Counted from the stretch's first letter, positions 9,440 through 18,783 are shown. The stretch is 64,000 nucleotides of DNA from Candidatus Liptonbacteria bacterium (GCA_016182095.1 JACOXY010000014.1:7234-71233); one strand, 5' to 3'. The notes: a model not told the origin generated them from the letters alone. Made by a program: numbers and translations.

Positions 9440-9811
9440 TTATCTTCCAAGTGTCGCCCTGATCTTTGCCACCACCTCATTCAAATTCAGCGTCGCTTTT
9501 ACCAAATAATACGCCGGTTCATATTTAATTACATCCGCCATCACCTTGTCATCAGGAATTTGATTGGTTAAAACCACTATCGGAACTTTTTTACCCAACG
9601 GATCAGCCCGAAGTTTTTCCATAACTTTAATGCCGCTCATCTTTGGCATTAGAAGGTCTAAAAGTATCATATCCGGCTTTTGGCTTAAGGCAGCAGTAAG
9701 GCCCTCTTCGCCATCTTTCGCCTCAAGGACTTCAAATCCTTCGTTTAATAATGTGTCCACTAACGCGGCGCGTAGCGGAGTTTCGTCTTCAACAATAAGA
9801 ATTTTTGCCAT
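9440..9811 (-). CDS. response regulator, receiver domain only (CheY-like)
   Basis: DETP...D(54)LLMP...K motif layout; 123 aa with no output domain. Confidence 0.85.
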   Translation of the reverse strand: MAKILIVEDETPLRAALVDTLLNEGFEVLEAKDGEEGLTAALSQKPDMILLDLLMPKMSGIKVMEKLRADPLGKKVPIVVLTNQIPDDKVMADVIKYEPAYYLVKATLNLNEVVAKIRATLGR

Positions 9812-9935
9812 CCCTCACTCAAGAAAGAGCATTATCCGCCCTCTCTTTTTTTAATTAATTTATCAACTTAATATTACTCGACTAAAAACATTTTATTCTA
9901 GAGACAGAAACCCAAACTCTTTCTTGAGTGAGGGA
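9811..9935. promoter_or_regulatory. family-1 long-range inverted repeat (TCCCTCACTCAAGAAAGAG, about 87 bp, CTCTTTCTTGAGTGAGGGA) between the histidine kinase stop and the response regulator start
   Basis: perfect 19-bp arms at 9811-9829 and 9917-9935; the proximal arm overlaps the regulator ATG and the distal arm abuts the kinase stop. Confidence 0.5.
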
Positions 9936-11198
9936 TTATAGCTCTGCTGTAGTTGCGATGACCTTTGTACCCGCTCTGGGCTTCATGCCCGTCAGTGGTA
10001 TTGTAACATAAAAAGCAGTGCCTCGCTCGTCCGTAGCTTCACGCGAAGGAGAGCCATGCCCACCCACAGACTCAAACCAAATTTTCCCGCCGGCCGCTTC
10101 CAGGGTTGCCTTAACAATATATAATCCCAAACCGTTGCCTTCAATCTCATTGCTTTTAACATTGTCTGCCCGAAACATTTTGGTAAAAATTTGCGATTTT
10201 TGATCTTCCGGTATTCCATAGCCGGTATCCGTTACTTTAATAAGCGCGTTCTCGCCATCCTTAATAATACTCAAGCTTATGCTGCCTCCCTCCGGGGTAT
10301 ACTTAATGGCATTTGATAATAAATTCTGAAAAACTATCCAGACTATTTTGGAATCGGCATTTATGGAAACCAGAGTTTCGTCATAGCGCTTTTCCAGTTT
10401 CAGTTTTTTCTCCATGAGCTTTCCTGCGAGCTCACCCAAAACGCCCTCGGCGATTCCCGCTAAACTCACTGGCTCCGGGTTAATTGAAAAAGTTCCCATT
10501 TCAACCCGTGAAACATTCAGTAGGGCGTTTACCAAATTTATGACTCTTTTTATGCTGTAGCCAATCTCATTTAAATACTGTATCTGCTTGTGGTTTAGCT
10601 CTCCCACTCTACCCGAAAGAAGCATCTGCGCGTACCAATTGATAACGGAAAGCGGGGTGTTCAACTGATGCGAAACCAAGGACACAAACTCACCGCGCAC
10701 CCTATCCGACTCCTTCCTTAGGGTAATATCCTGATGCAAGGAGCCATAAAACAATATCTCCCCGCCCTTGGACTTAATCGGAAAAACAGAAAGATTGGTT
10801 TCATATTCAGTGCCATCTTTGCGGCGATTAATAATTTCTTCCGTCGTCAAAGACTCGCCGTTCTTCAAGGAGTCCCACATTTTTTTATAGGCGAGTTGGG
10901 GAGTTTTGGAACTGCGCAGAAGGCGGGGGTTCTTGCCCTTGATATCAATCAAACTATAGCCGGTAACCCTTTCCCAGGTAGGATTTACATAAATAATATT
11001 GCCATCCAAATCAGTGATGAGAATTGCCTCCGTTGAGGCATCCACAATGGATTGAAAAATGTGCACCTCGCCGCTAACCGCCCTTGGGTCCGCTTTTAAC
11101 TCACTTAACTCCGCGGAGATTTTTTCTTTTTCGGCAAGCGCGCTCTCTAAGGCGGCTTTAAGTTTTTCTACTTCTTGGTTTGATGAAAATCCTAACAT
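9936..11198 (-). CDS. sensor histidine kinase with a PAS domain
   Basis: PAS region, H-box HQLNTPLSVI, N/G boxes (...NAIKYTPEGG...GTGLGL); upstream partner of the response regulator. Confidence 0.85.
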   Translation of the reverse strand: MLGFSSNQEVEKLKAALESALAEKEKISAELSELKADPRAVSGEVHIFQSIVDASTEAILITDLDGNIIYVNPTWERVTGYSLIDIKGKNPRLLRSSKTPQLAYKKMWDSLKNGESLTTEEIINRRKDGTEYETNLSVFPIKSKGGEILFYGSLHQDITLRKESDRVRGEFVSLVSHQLNTPLSVINWYAQMLLSGRVGELNHKQIQYLNEIGYSIKRVINLVNALLNVSRVEMGTFSINPEPVSLAGIAEGVLGELAGKLMEKKLKLEKRYDETLVSINADSKIVWIVFQNLLSNAIKYTPEGGSISLSIIKDGENALIKVTDTGYGIPEDQKSQIFTKMFRADNVKSNEIEGNGLGLYIVKATLEAAGGKIWFESVGGHGSPSREATDERGTAFYVTIPLTGMKPRAGTKVIATTAEL

Positions 11199-11234
11199 TT
11201 ATTAATTGTAACAAAAAAGAGGGTTTTAATCCTC

Positions 11235-11447
11235 TTTATTCTGGTCGCGGTTTGCAATTTTTGCACGGCCGGTAACCGCAGGCAATCGCATCATCCCAAT
11301 TATGGAAAAATACCCTGTTTTCTTTTTTCATTCTCATGCCAGACTTACAACTAAGTAGCCCAAAAATTTTTCCGGGTGCCCAGCCAGCGTATTTCCCTTT
11401 TTTCTGCTTAATATAAATCCATCGGGCGTTAAAATTCTATAAGCCAT
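11235..11447 (-). pseudogene. small Ada-like zinc-binding domain gene, split by a one-nucleotide frame shift at an A5T5 tract
   Basis: frame A starts ATG after an A10G9 tract (MAYRILTPDGFILSRKKGN...); frame B continues ...GKIFGLLSCKSGMRMKKENRVFFHNWDDAIACGYRPCKNCKP, matching the Ada N-terminal TGIFCRPSC...RENV.FF...AGFRPCKRC pattern; the first Cys is replaced. Confidence 0.4.
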
Positions 11448-11744
11448 CAAATCCCCCCCCCTTTTTTTTTCCTTACTTTATTTTTCAGCACAGCTTACGG
11501 GAAGCGCCCCCTGAAGCTTGCGCGCTTCTTTGCGCACCGATTCTTCAGTTGGGTTAGCAAGGCGGCGCAGCCACATATCATCTAAAATCTCTTCCGGACA
11601 ATCGGGGAATTCTTCTTTCATGATACGGGCTATCTCGTTTCTTTCCATTTTCTTCTCCACCTAAAAACGCTAAACCCAAAATATCACACCTAACCCAAAA
11701 ATACAATCATTTGTACTGGTTCATATGATATAGGCCACAATCAG

Positions 11745-12015
11745 AAACAGCCCTGCTTTTGTACGCAAACACGCGTCACATTTCCCAGCGAGAAATGCGC
11801 GCTTGCCCTCGGACTCGCTCGCCATGCCACTTTATCTAAGCAGAATGTCTCGGAGACAGATTTAGCTTGGTTTCCGCAGGAATAAATCTGCCGAGAGCCC
11901 AAGCCCCCGACTTTCCGCCGGAGAAAGGAGAGGGGCGGTTCTGCGTGATAAAGCGGCATGGCACCAGTGCCCGCTCGTCCTCCGCACAGTTTGCTTAACA
12001 AAAGCAGGGCTGTTT
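11745..12015 (-). ncRNA. candidate structured ncRNA (about 270 nt, GC-rich, closed by an 18-bp perfect terminal helix); class unresolved (RNase P-like GGAAAGUCGGGG motif noted)
   Basis: sharp local GC elevation with no credible ORF; AAACAGCCCTGCTTTTGT / ACAAAAGCAGGGCTGTTT terminal inverted repeat; several internal perfect hairpins. Confidence 0.4.
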
Positions 12016-12051
12016 TTTAGCTGGTCTCTATGTATCTGAACCCGGAAATAA

Positions 12052-12420
12052 TTAAGCAACCTCCCACGGAAATGCGACCCAATCGTTCTTTTTCTCTTTT
12101 AGCCAGATACTGGGAACAAACTGGCTTTGTTTGTGATAATAGAGCGTGGCAATAAAATAACCTTGATCGGCGAAGTTTTTCAGAGTTTTCCCGGTATCGG
12201 CGATGTCGTCAACTATTAAAGTAGATTTCCCGCCTGGTGTTGCGACAAGCGGCAGGTCCAGCGCATGAGAAAGAGAAACCGCGATGGGTAATCCACCGCG
12301 CGCCGGACCCCACACGCTGTCAAATTTTACTCCGCTCTTTTTTATGAGATTTGCCAATTTTTTCGCATCTTCTCCAAATTCCGACCAGGAGTATAGTTCT
12401 TTTTTATTATTTGTAGTCAT
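12052..12420 (-). CDS. purine/pyrimidine phosphoribosyltransferase (type I PRTase)
   Basis: PRPP-binding motif LIVDDIADTGKTL; 122 aa. Confidence 0.7.
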   Translation of the reverse strand: MTTNNKKELYSWSEFGEDAKKLANLIKKSGVKFDSVWGPARGGLPIAVSLSHALDLPLVATPGGKSTLIVDDIADTGKTLKNFADQGYFIATLYYHKQSQFVPSIWLKEKKNDWVAFPWEVA

Positions 12421-12885
12421 ACCAATTGGGAGCTTCAGTAGGGTCTGACCCTACTATTGCTGACGATAGTGTAACAACCTTCACATGTAGAAAAGTATAA
12501 ACTTTTTCCGCGTTGATTTCCAGGTAGTGAAAATACGAGCATTTCTTTCTATCAATGCCCACCTGATAATATCCCAGTTATATTTTATTAATGGCGTTAC
12601 CATATTTTTTCCTAAAACTTCACTCGCATTTCTACTACCTGGTTTCCAGCCAGTATTTCCCAATCATCTTATGTCGTATTTTCTTATATCCCTAATTCGC
12701 ACGAATTAGGGATATAATGATTATGAATATATTGTCGTGCAATTTTCTGGTTATTGATTGAGAGAGCGCGATAATTGTAACCGAAAAATTCTGGGGTTAT
12801 TTTCCTTGTCTGGGCTTTGACTTCGTGTTTTAAAGAGCTATAGTAATGGGTAGTTATCTGACAAAAAGCCAAAAAGAGAGTAAAT

Positions 12886-15108
12886 ATGAGCTTCGAGCGG
12901 CTTACCAGAGAACAGCATCTGCAGATATACCGTGAGATGTACCGCCCCCGTAAAGTTGATGAGGCGATCCGCAATGAGATATTGAGACCGGACGGAAACA
13001 TACCCCTCGCGCTCTTAAGCATCGGACAGGAAGCGGTGGCGGTTGGAGTGTCTTTTGATCTCGTATCCGGAAGAGACGCGCTCTTTTTCGGACACCGCGA
13101 CAAAGGGGCATTATTGCACATGGGTATCACCGCCCTGGAAGATATTTCTAACCACATGGGTAAAGCCAGTTCTCCTATGCGTGGCCGCGACAATAATATC
13201 CACTATGCATTCTGGGGAAAGAATGAAGAGGGTTGCGAGCGTTACGTTGGAAAATTCACCAGCCACATGGGTGCGGGATGGCCCACGGCCGCGGGCGTTG
13301 CCAAGGGCTGGCTCTATGACTACCTGGAACTTTCTCCGGAGGAGCAGGCAAAAACAGTTGTGCCCTTTGTGCTTTGCATGTGCGGAGACGGCGCTTCCCG
13401 TCAGGGAATCGTCCATGAAGTAATGAATACAGCGGCGCTCTACAATCTGCCGATGGGATTTGTATTTGTGAATAACGGTATTGCAACACAAACCCCGATT
13501 AACGAGCAGGTAGCGTCACCGCATCTCTACACATTAGGCAACGGATATCATATCGCGACTGATTTTGTCTCAAGCGGCAATAATGTCATTGATGTATATG
13601 ACGCAGCCGCTCCGCTCATTGCGCGAGCGCGGCGTTTAGCGGCCAAAAAAGAATTTTTAGAAGAAAACAGATTAGAACGGGCGCCATTCCTTCTGGAGTG
13701 CCGCACGTTCCGCATGACGGGACACAATGAAAAACAACTGGCAGATTGTGTAGATCTCTATGAATATGCTAAATGGCGCGCGCAAGATCCACTCACGATG
13801 TACCGAAGTATCCTTTTGAATTATCCGAGGGTGGAAGCGCTTCTCAACATTAAAAGCAGGGATCATATTGAGATTTTTAATTGTACAGAGAAGGAATTTA
13901 CCGTCGAAGAACTTGATCGCATCGAGCAGGAAGTGCGCGAAGAAGTAGAAGTGGCGTATCAGGCCGCGAAAGCGATGCCAGAGCCGCAACCCGATAAATC
14001 GCTCCTGCAAATCTATCCGTCCGAAATCGTTTTCCCCAAAACCCGCGCTGTCGAACCGTTCAATGCAAAGACCTTGCACGATCGGGTCGGCAAAGAAAAA
14101 CGATGGCTCAATGGAAATAGAGCAATGCGTAAAGTCGTGGTTGACCTCATGAAGGAATACCCCAAGATTCTGCTTTTTGGAGAAGATGTTGGCGGTCGCA
14201 AGATTGAAGGCGAACTGCGCGGCGGAGGCGTTTATAACATCTCCCATGACGCGCTCCTTGATCCCACAATCGGTCCCAAGCGGGTCTTTAACACCTCACT
14301 TGCGGAAAACTCTATCATCGGCCTCATGATCGGACTCTCGCTCACGGGAAAACTACCGTTTGCGGAAATACAATATCTGCCGTTTCTTTCGGTGGCATTA
14401 AGTGGTGCCATTGATTATCTGCCAAGTTGGTTCTGGACGGCCGGAGTTCCAATTCATGCTGTACTTCGTCTCCCGTGCGGAGGCGGACACCAGTCAGGAG
14501 AATTTCACAGTTCTATGCGCCTTGAGCCCGTTCTATATCACACGCCGGGACTGAAGTTGCTCACGCCTTCCACCCCGAATGATATCATGGGACTTATGAA
14601 GAGCGCCGCGAAAGACGACTCTCCTATTATGTTTTTTGAGAATCTCTGGGGATTCTCGGAAGTATACGGGGAAATAAGCGGCAACGAGGTCCCCATCGGA
14701 CCGGCGGCACTTAGGCAAGAAGGGAAAGATATTACGATAATCGCCTGGGGCGCAAAGACATGGTTTGACGCCGTGCTTCCGGCAGTGAAAAAACTGGAAG
14801 AAAACGGTCTAAGCGCTGAGCTCATTGACCTACGGACGCTCCGCCCGTTGGACATGGAACTTATGGTCGCTTCAGCCCGCAAGACACACCGCGTGCTCAT
14901 TGTCCACGAAGACATTTGCGACGGTGGCATCGGCCAGTCAATCGCCTATAAGATCAATCTCGAAGCATCCCAAGAAATGCTGTGCGCTCCCTTGGTTGTC
15001 GCTTCGGAATACTGCCCATCACCTCAACACAGAAATCTGGAAAATTGGTTTTTGCCCTCAACTGAAAAAGTGATGCGGGCGATAAATGATCGTATGGAGT
15101 GGAGATAG
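12886..15108 (+). CDS. 2-oxoacid (pyruvate/acetoin-type) dehydrogenase E1 component, fused alpha and beta subunits
   Basis: N-terminal half carries a TPP-binding E1-alpha signature (CMCGDGASRQG); C-terminal half is transketolase-like E1-beta; 740 aa. Confidence 0.85.
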   Translation: MSFERLTREQHLQIYREMYRPRKVDEAIRNEILRPDGNIPLALLSIGQEAVAVGVSFDLVSGRDALFFGHRDKGALLHMGITALEDISNHMGKASSPMRGRDNNIHYAFWGKNEEGCERYVGKFTSHMGAGWPTAAGVAKGWLYDYLELSPEEQAKTVVPFVLCMCGDGASRQGIVHEVMNTAALYNLPMGFVFVNNGIATQTPINEQVASPHLYTLGNGYHIATDFVSSGNNVIDVYDAAAPLIARARRLAAKKEFLEENRLERAPFLLECRTFRMTGHNEKQLADCVDLYEYAKWRAQDPLTMYRSILLNYPRVEALLNIKSRDHIEIFNCTEKEFTVEELDRIEQEVREEVEVAYQAAKAMPEPQPDKSLLQIYPSEIVFPKTRAVEPFNAKTLHDRVGKEKRWLNGNRAMRKVVVDLMKEYPKILLFGEDVGGRKIEGELRGGGVYNISHDALLDPTIGPKRVFNTSLAENSIIGLMIGLSLTGKLPFAEIQYLPFLSVALSGAIDYLPSWFWTAGVPIHAVLRLPCGGGHQSGEFHSSMRLEPVLYHTPGLKLLTPSTPNDIMGLMKSAAKDDSPIMFFENLWGFSEVYGEISGNEVPIGPAALRQEGKDITIIAWGAKTWFDAVLPAVKKLEENGLSAELIDLRTLRPLDMELMVASARKTHRVLIVHEDICDGGIGQSIAYKINLEASQEMLCAPLVVASEYCPSPQHRNLENWFLPSTEKVMRAINDRMEWR

Positions 15109-15112
15109 ACAG

Positions 15113-16606
15113 ATGAGAAAAGCGATAAAAGCCAAAACTGGTGGGTATGATATAAAACAGATCATCGTAACCTGGTTAAAAAAAGAGGGGGATATGATAA
15201 GCGCCAAAGAAATACTGGCTTCTTTTGAAACTGATAAGGCGCTGGTTGATCTGGAATCTCCCTGCGCGGGAAAATTGTTAGAAATCATACCGGGCAATGT
15301 TCCACGAGAACCTGACGACAAAAATGATGAGTACCTATTCGAAATTCCCGCTGATCTGCCAACGGGAAACTGGGATCCTATTCTCGGCTATATTGAAGAT
15401 GGAGTGGCTGATACGGATACAGCGCAAGCTTCCGTTCCGGTTGCAAAAAACGAGTCTCCGGTTCAAGAGCCGCAAAACTTAGAACCAGTTTCCGTGCCTC
15501 ACCCAAAACAGGAGGAGCCATACATTCCTCCACCAGTAACCGCAGAAAAGATTAGCCCGTCATTGGACTTCGTAAAAGCGGGGCCAATGGTCCGGAGATT
15601 AGCAAAAGAAAAAGACGTTGACCTTTCTCTCATTCCTCCGACCGGGCCGCATGGAACAGTTTCTGAAGCTGATCTCAATAAATACCTTGCGAATATTATT
15701 CCGTCGCCGGTTCAGAAACCGGAATCACCGCCGGCCGATACGAAAAAAACGGAAAAGAAGGAACCGAGCGCGGCACCCAGCGAAGAATTTGAAATAGTTC
15801 CGCTCACCCCTAAGCGTGTAGTAATCGGAAAGCACATGACACTTTCCGAGGAATGCATCCCCCATGCTCACACAAGTGTTTCTTTGGATATGAGGAAAGT
15901 TCTTAAAGCAACAAAAGTGTTCGCGGACTGGAATGGGCTTACCGATATAGTCAGCTCCCTGGATGTGCGAAAGGATCAAAAGACAAAATTGTCTATGCCC
16001 TGGGAAGAACGTACCGATGTGATCAGCGTTGAAAATAAAAAGATTTATCTCCGGCCGGAAATTATTGTGATAGAGGGAATTATCAGGGCACTGGAACTCA
16101 ATAAATGGAAAGTCTTGAATTCGTGCGTTGAATGCGAACATTTTGACTTTAAAGGAATTAAAAAATTCCTGGATATAAATCTGGGGATTGCCTACGCGAG
16201 TCACGATGGACTTGAGGTTCCTGTGCTGGAAAGAATGCAGGGCGTCGGTTATAAAACTATCGCCGAAAGAACGGCCGGTCTCTACCAGCGAATGCGGACC
16301 AACAAAGCAACTCTCAAAGAACGGATGGGACAAAACAAAACATTCACCTTTAATAACGTAGGGGCGCTGGGAGCAGATGATGGAGCATCAATCATCCCTC
16401 ACGGCACAAGCGCAATCTGTTCCTTGCATCGTGCAGACCTAAATCTCGATGGACATTCTCGCGGGTTTGCCAATCTGAATCTGGCGTTTGACCACCGCTT
16501 GTTCGACGGCAGAGAAGCGGTCGGATTTTTACTGGCGGTACTGGAGTTTGTTGAAGGAGTTGACATTGTCTCGCATATCATACACCAGTTTGATAAATTT
16601 CCGTAA
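15113..16606 (+). CDS. dihydrolipoamide acyltransferase (E2) with lipoyl, E3-binding and catalytic domains
   Basis: lipoyl motif ...SFETDKALVDLESP; peripheral-subunit-binding domain (GPMVRRLAKEKDVDLS...GPHGTV); catalytic DHRLFDGREA; start taken at the Met just after the E1 stop. Confidence 0.8.
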   Translation: MRKAIKAKTGGYDIKQIIVTWLKKEGDMISAKEILASFETDKALVDLESPCAGKLLEIIPGNVPREPDDKNDEYLFEIPADLPTGNWDPILGYIEDGVADTDTAQASVPVAKNESPVQEPQNLEPVSVPHPKQEEPYIPPPVTAEKISPSLDFVKAGPMVRRLAKEKDVDLSLIPPTGPHGTVSEADLNKYLANIIPSPVQKPESPPADTKKTEKKEPSAAPSEEFEIVPLTPKRVVIGKHMTLSEECIPHAHTSVSLDMRKVLKATKVFADWNGLTDIVSSLDVRKDQKTKLSMPWEERTDVISVENKKIYLRPEIIVIEGIIRALELNKWKVLNSCVECEHFDFKGIKKFLDINLGIAYASHDGLEVPVLERMQGVGYKTIAERTAGLYQRMRTNKATLKERMGQNKTFTFNNVGALGADDGASIIPHGTSAICSLHRADLNLDGHSRGFANLNLAFDHRLFDGREAVGFLLAVLEFVEGVDIVSHIIHQFDKFP

Positions 16607-16682
16607 GAAAAAGCCACCGCGCAATCAGCGGTGGCATTTTATTTTTCAAAAAATTCTGAGGTCATTTGCGCAATATTCATCA

Positions 16683-17357
16683 TTAGGGAAGATACTGCGG
16701 GGCCAGTTCAATTAAGTTCTGAATGTAAAAATCTACGCAAGCATTGCCGCCTTCTCTCGCCGCCGAAGTGAGCTCGTATTCCCGGATGCCGCAGGGATAA
16801 ACCAATCTTAAAATCCAATCTTCCGGAGAAACATTAATGTTCATGCCAAAAGAAGTAACCTTCCTGCTAACACCCACTCCCATTGACGCTATTTTTCGAG
16901 GCGAAGAATCTCCCATGACCCAAAGGCCGCGATACTTGGTTTTCTCTTTTTGGTCAGTCCGCAATTCATCGGGCAATTTGTCTGCATAAATGCGGGCCCT
17001 GGTCAAAGTTCTTTTAGCAAGAGACTGCGCAGACCTAAAGAAGCGAGAGGCACAGGATAAATCTTTAAGCTTAAATATAAAATAACATCCTAAAATTCCC
17101 GGCCCATGTACCGCAAGCGACCCTCCGCGGCTGGTCTTAACAATCGGGATGCCGTTCTGTGTGAGCCAATATGGCGAATAATATCTAAGATGCGCGAGCT
17201 GTAAGCCACTGCTTCGCGCTCCCAAAGAAATCGTAGTGGGGTGCTCGGCAAAAATAATAGTATCGGCAATTTCATCAAGCTTCCTTTTATCCACTAACCC
17301 ATTTTGAATTTCTAAAAACTCCCTAAAATCCAGAAACCCCAGATTTTTAAAATCCAA
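16683..17357 (-). CDS. lipB: lipoyl(octanoyl) transferase
   Basis: FAEHPTTISLG, RGGSLAVHGPG and PCGIREYELTS match LipB conserved blocks. Confidence 0.8.
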   Translation of the reverse strand: MDFKNLGFLDFREFLEIQNGLVDKRKLDEIADTIIFAEHPTTISLGARSSGLQLAHLRYYSPYWLTQNGIPIVKTSRGGSLAVHGPGILGCYFIFKLKDLSCASRFFRSAQSLAKRTLTRARIYADKLPDELRTDQKEKTKYRGLWVMGDSSPRKIASMGVGVSRKVTSFGMNINVSPEDWILRLVYPCGIREYELTSAAREGGNACVDFYIQNLIELAPQYLP

Positions 17358-17425
17358 GGTTTGCTCCCATAGATTAAACTACCAATACTCTACGCTATGG
17401 AAAAATTAAAAACAAACGTCTTTAC

Positions 17426-17734
17426 ATGGCATATTTTAGACAATGGAAAGGACTGGGCAAAAATTGTAATATCCGTAAATACAAATATAAAAATGCCGTG
17501 ATTTACAAAGCTCGGAAAACTCTTGGGCTACCACGACACGCGCCATACGACAAAATTCTTGTGTCAGCGGCAGGAGATACGCTTCCAGAAGAACTTTTAA
17601 ACCAGTTGAGAGGGGGCGGGGTTATGGTAATCCCAATAAATAATTCAATACAAAAAATCAAAAGAGTCGCGCAAGGAAAATATAAAATAAAAACATTATG
17701 TGGATTTGCCTTCGTGCCGCTTATAAAGCCATAG
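17426..17734 (+). pseudogene. pcm: protein-L-isoaspartate O-methyltransferase, C-terminal portion only (truncated)
   Basis: PYDKILVSAAGDTLPEELLNQLRGGGVMVIPI...FAFVPL matches the PIMT C-terminus; the N-terminal SAM-binding half is absent. Confidence 0.5.
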
Positions 17735-17764
17735 CGTGGGTCTGTTTAATTACTGCACTATTTC

Positions 17765-18388
17765 CTAATCCTTTAAGTACTTTTCTCTACTGTATGCTTC
17801 CAGGAAAATTGGGGAGATTGGAATGCCGTTTTGCTTAAAGTACAATCCCATATCAACCTCACTCTCTGGCCCTACATCAAATTCCTCCATTGTCTTCCTC
17901 ACCATATTTTTGTCTGTTAATGGTTTTCCTGTTATTTCTTGCAACGCGTGAAGCCATTCCTCTAAATATATAACGGCGATTTGTTCTTGAAGTTCTATTG
18001 GCAGAACGCGCTCTTGTTGCGGAACAGAGTCTGCAAAAATAATCATAGATAGGTTGATGCGGCCGCCTTGGGAGCTAGAGTTTGCTGAAATCTGAAAAGC
18101 ATAATCCCCAATCTTATCTAATGGCACTTTTTTTGCCAGCAAAAAGCTACGGGCGGGAGTTATCTCCCATCCAACTTTTTCTGCTTCAGCCGAATTCATA
18201 AAGTGTGTAATTGCTTCGGTATATTTACCTTCTTTTATTAGCGCTTCGCCATTATGTATGTACTCCTTAAACGCACCGATTAATTCGGCGCTTAATTCAG
18301 GTCTACCGCGTTCATGATCCGAAGCTTCTCCTTGGGGCATTTTTGGATTTTCCTGACTATTTTTCATTATGATAAATTGGTCATCCAA
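17765..18388 (-). CDS. hypothetical protein (207 aa)
   Basis: clean ORF; no motif recognised. Confidence 0.5.
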   Translation of the reverse strand: MDDQFIIMKNSQENPKMPQGEASDHERGRPELSAELIGAFKEYIHNGEALIKEGKYTEAITHFMNSAEAEKVGWEITPARSFLLAKKVPLDKIGDYAFQISANSSSQGGRINLSMIIFADSVPQQERVLPIELQEQIAVIYLEEWLHALQEITGKPLTDKNMVRKTMEEFDVGPESEVDMGLYFKQNGIPISPIFLEAYSREKYLKD

Positions 18389-18450
18389 TACTAAATATTC
18401 CTAGAAGAATCTGTTTGAAGATGCCTATCCTGTGATTGCCGAAGGATTCA

Positions 18451-18783
18451 TTACTCCAAATCTTTTCTCGCAGCATACGCAAAATGAGAAAGATATTGAT
18501 CTACCGATTCCAATGAACTGCCGTATTCCTTACCACCCGTTATGGCGTCACAAAATATTTCTCGCGCTCTGGCAATCTCTCTTTTTCTAGCCCCAAGCCA
18601 GCGGGGGTCTTCTAGGGTTAAATCATAGAGTTCAAGCGCGCGCTCTATGGCGTGCTTAAATTGCTCATCGTCTTTCCCCCGCCACCGCAGGGCTCTATAC
18701 ACCTCACTGCCAATATTCCCAAATTGTTCGGCCAGTGTGAGCCCACGCCACTTTCCATCTGCAAGCTCTTTGTGATGCGTCAT
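18451..18783 (-). CDS. hypothetical protein (110 aa), overlaps the upstream ORF by 4 nt
   Basis: ATGA start/stop overlap with ORF 18780-19139 suggests a two-gene operon, possibly a toxin-antitoxin-like pair. Confidence 0.45.
   Translation of the reverse strand: MTHHKELADGKWRGLTLAEQFGNIGSEVYRALRWRGKDDEQFKHAIERALELYDLTLEDPRWLGARKREIARAREIFCDAITGGKEYGSSLESVDQYLSHFAYAARKDLE

Noticed and set aside
11741-12059. ORFs 11741-12001 and 11862-12059 on the minus strand as protein genes
   Set aside because: They fall entirely within a GC island whose terminal 18-bp helix and internal hairpins indicate RNA structure. The peptides are low-complexity and Arg/Ala/Pro-rich, typical of spurious translation of GC-rich DNA.
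12684-13193. 169-aa minus-strand ORF and many other ORF-track entries overlapping real genes (for example 113-418, 226-447, 8177-8734, 13111-13491, 26399-26764, 33255-33617, 58289-59504)
   Set aside because: They overlap better-supported genes or tRNAs on the opposite strand, or lie in GC-rich non-coding RNA-like regions where all frames are open. They have no motifs and their composition is implausible.
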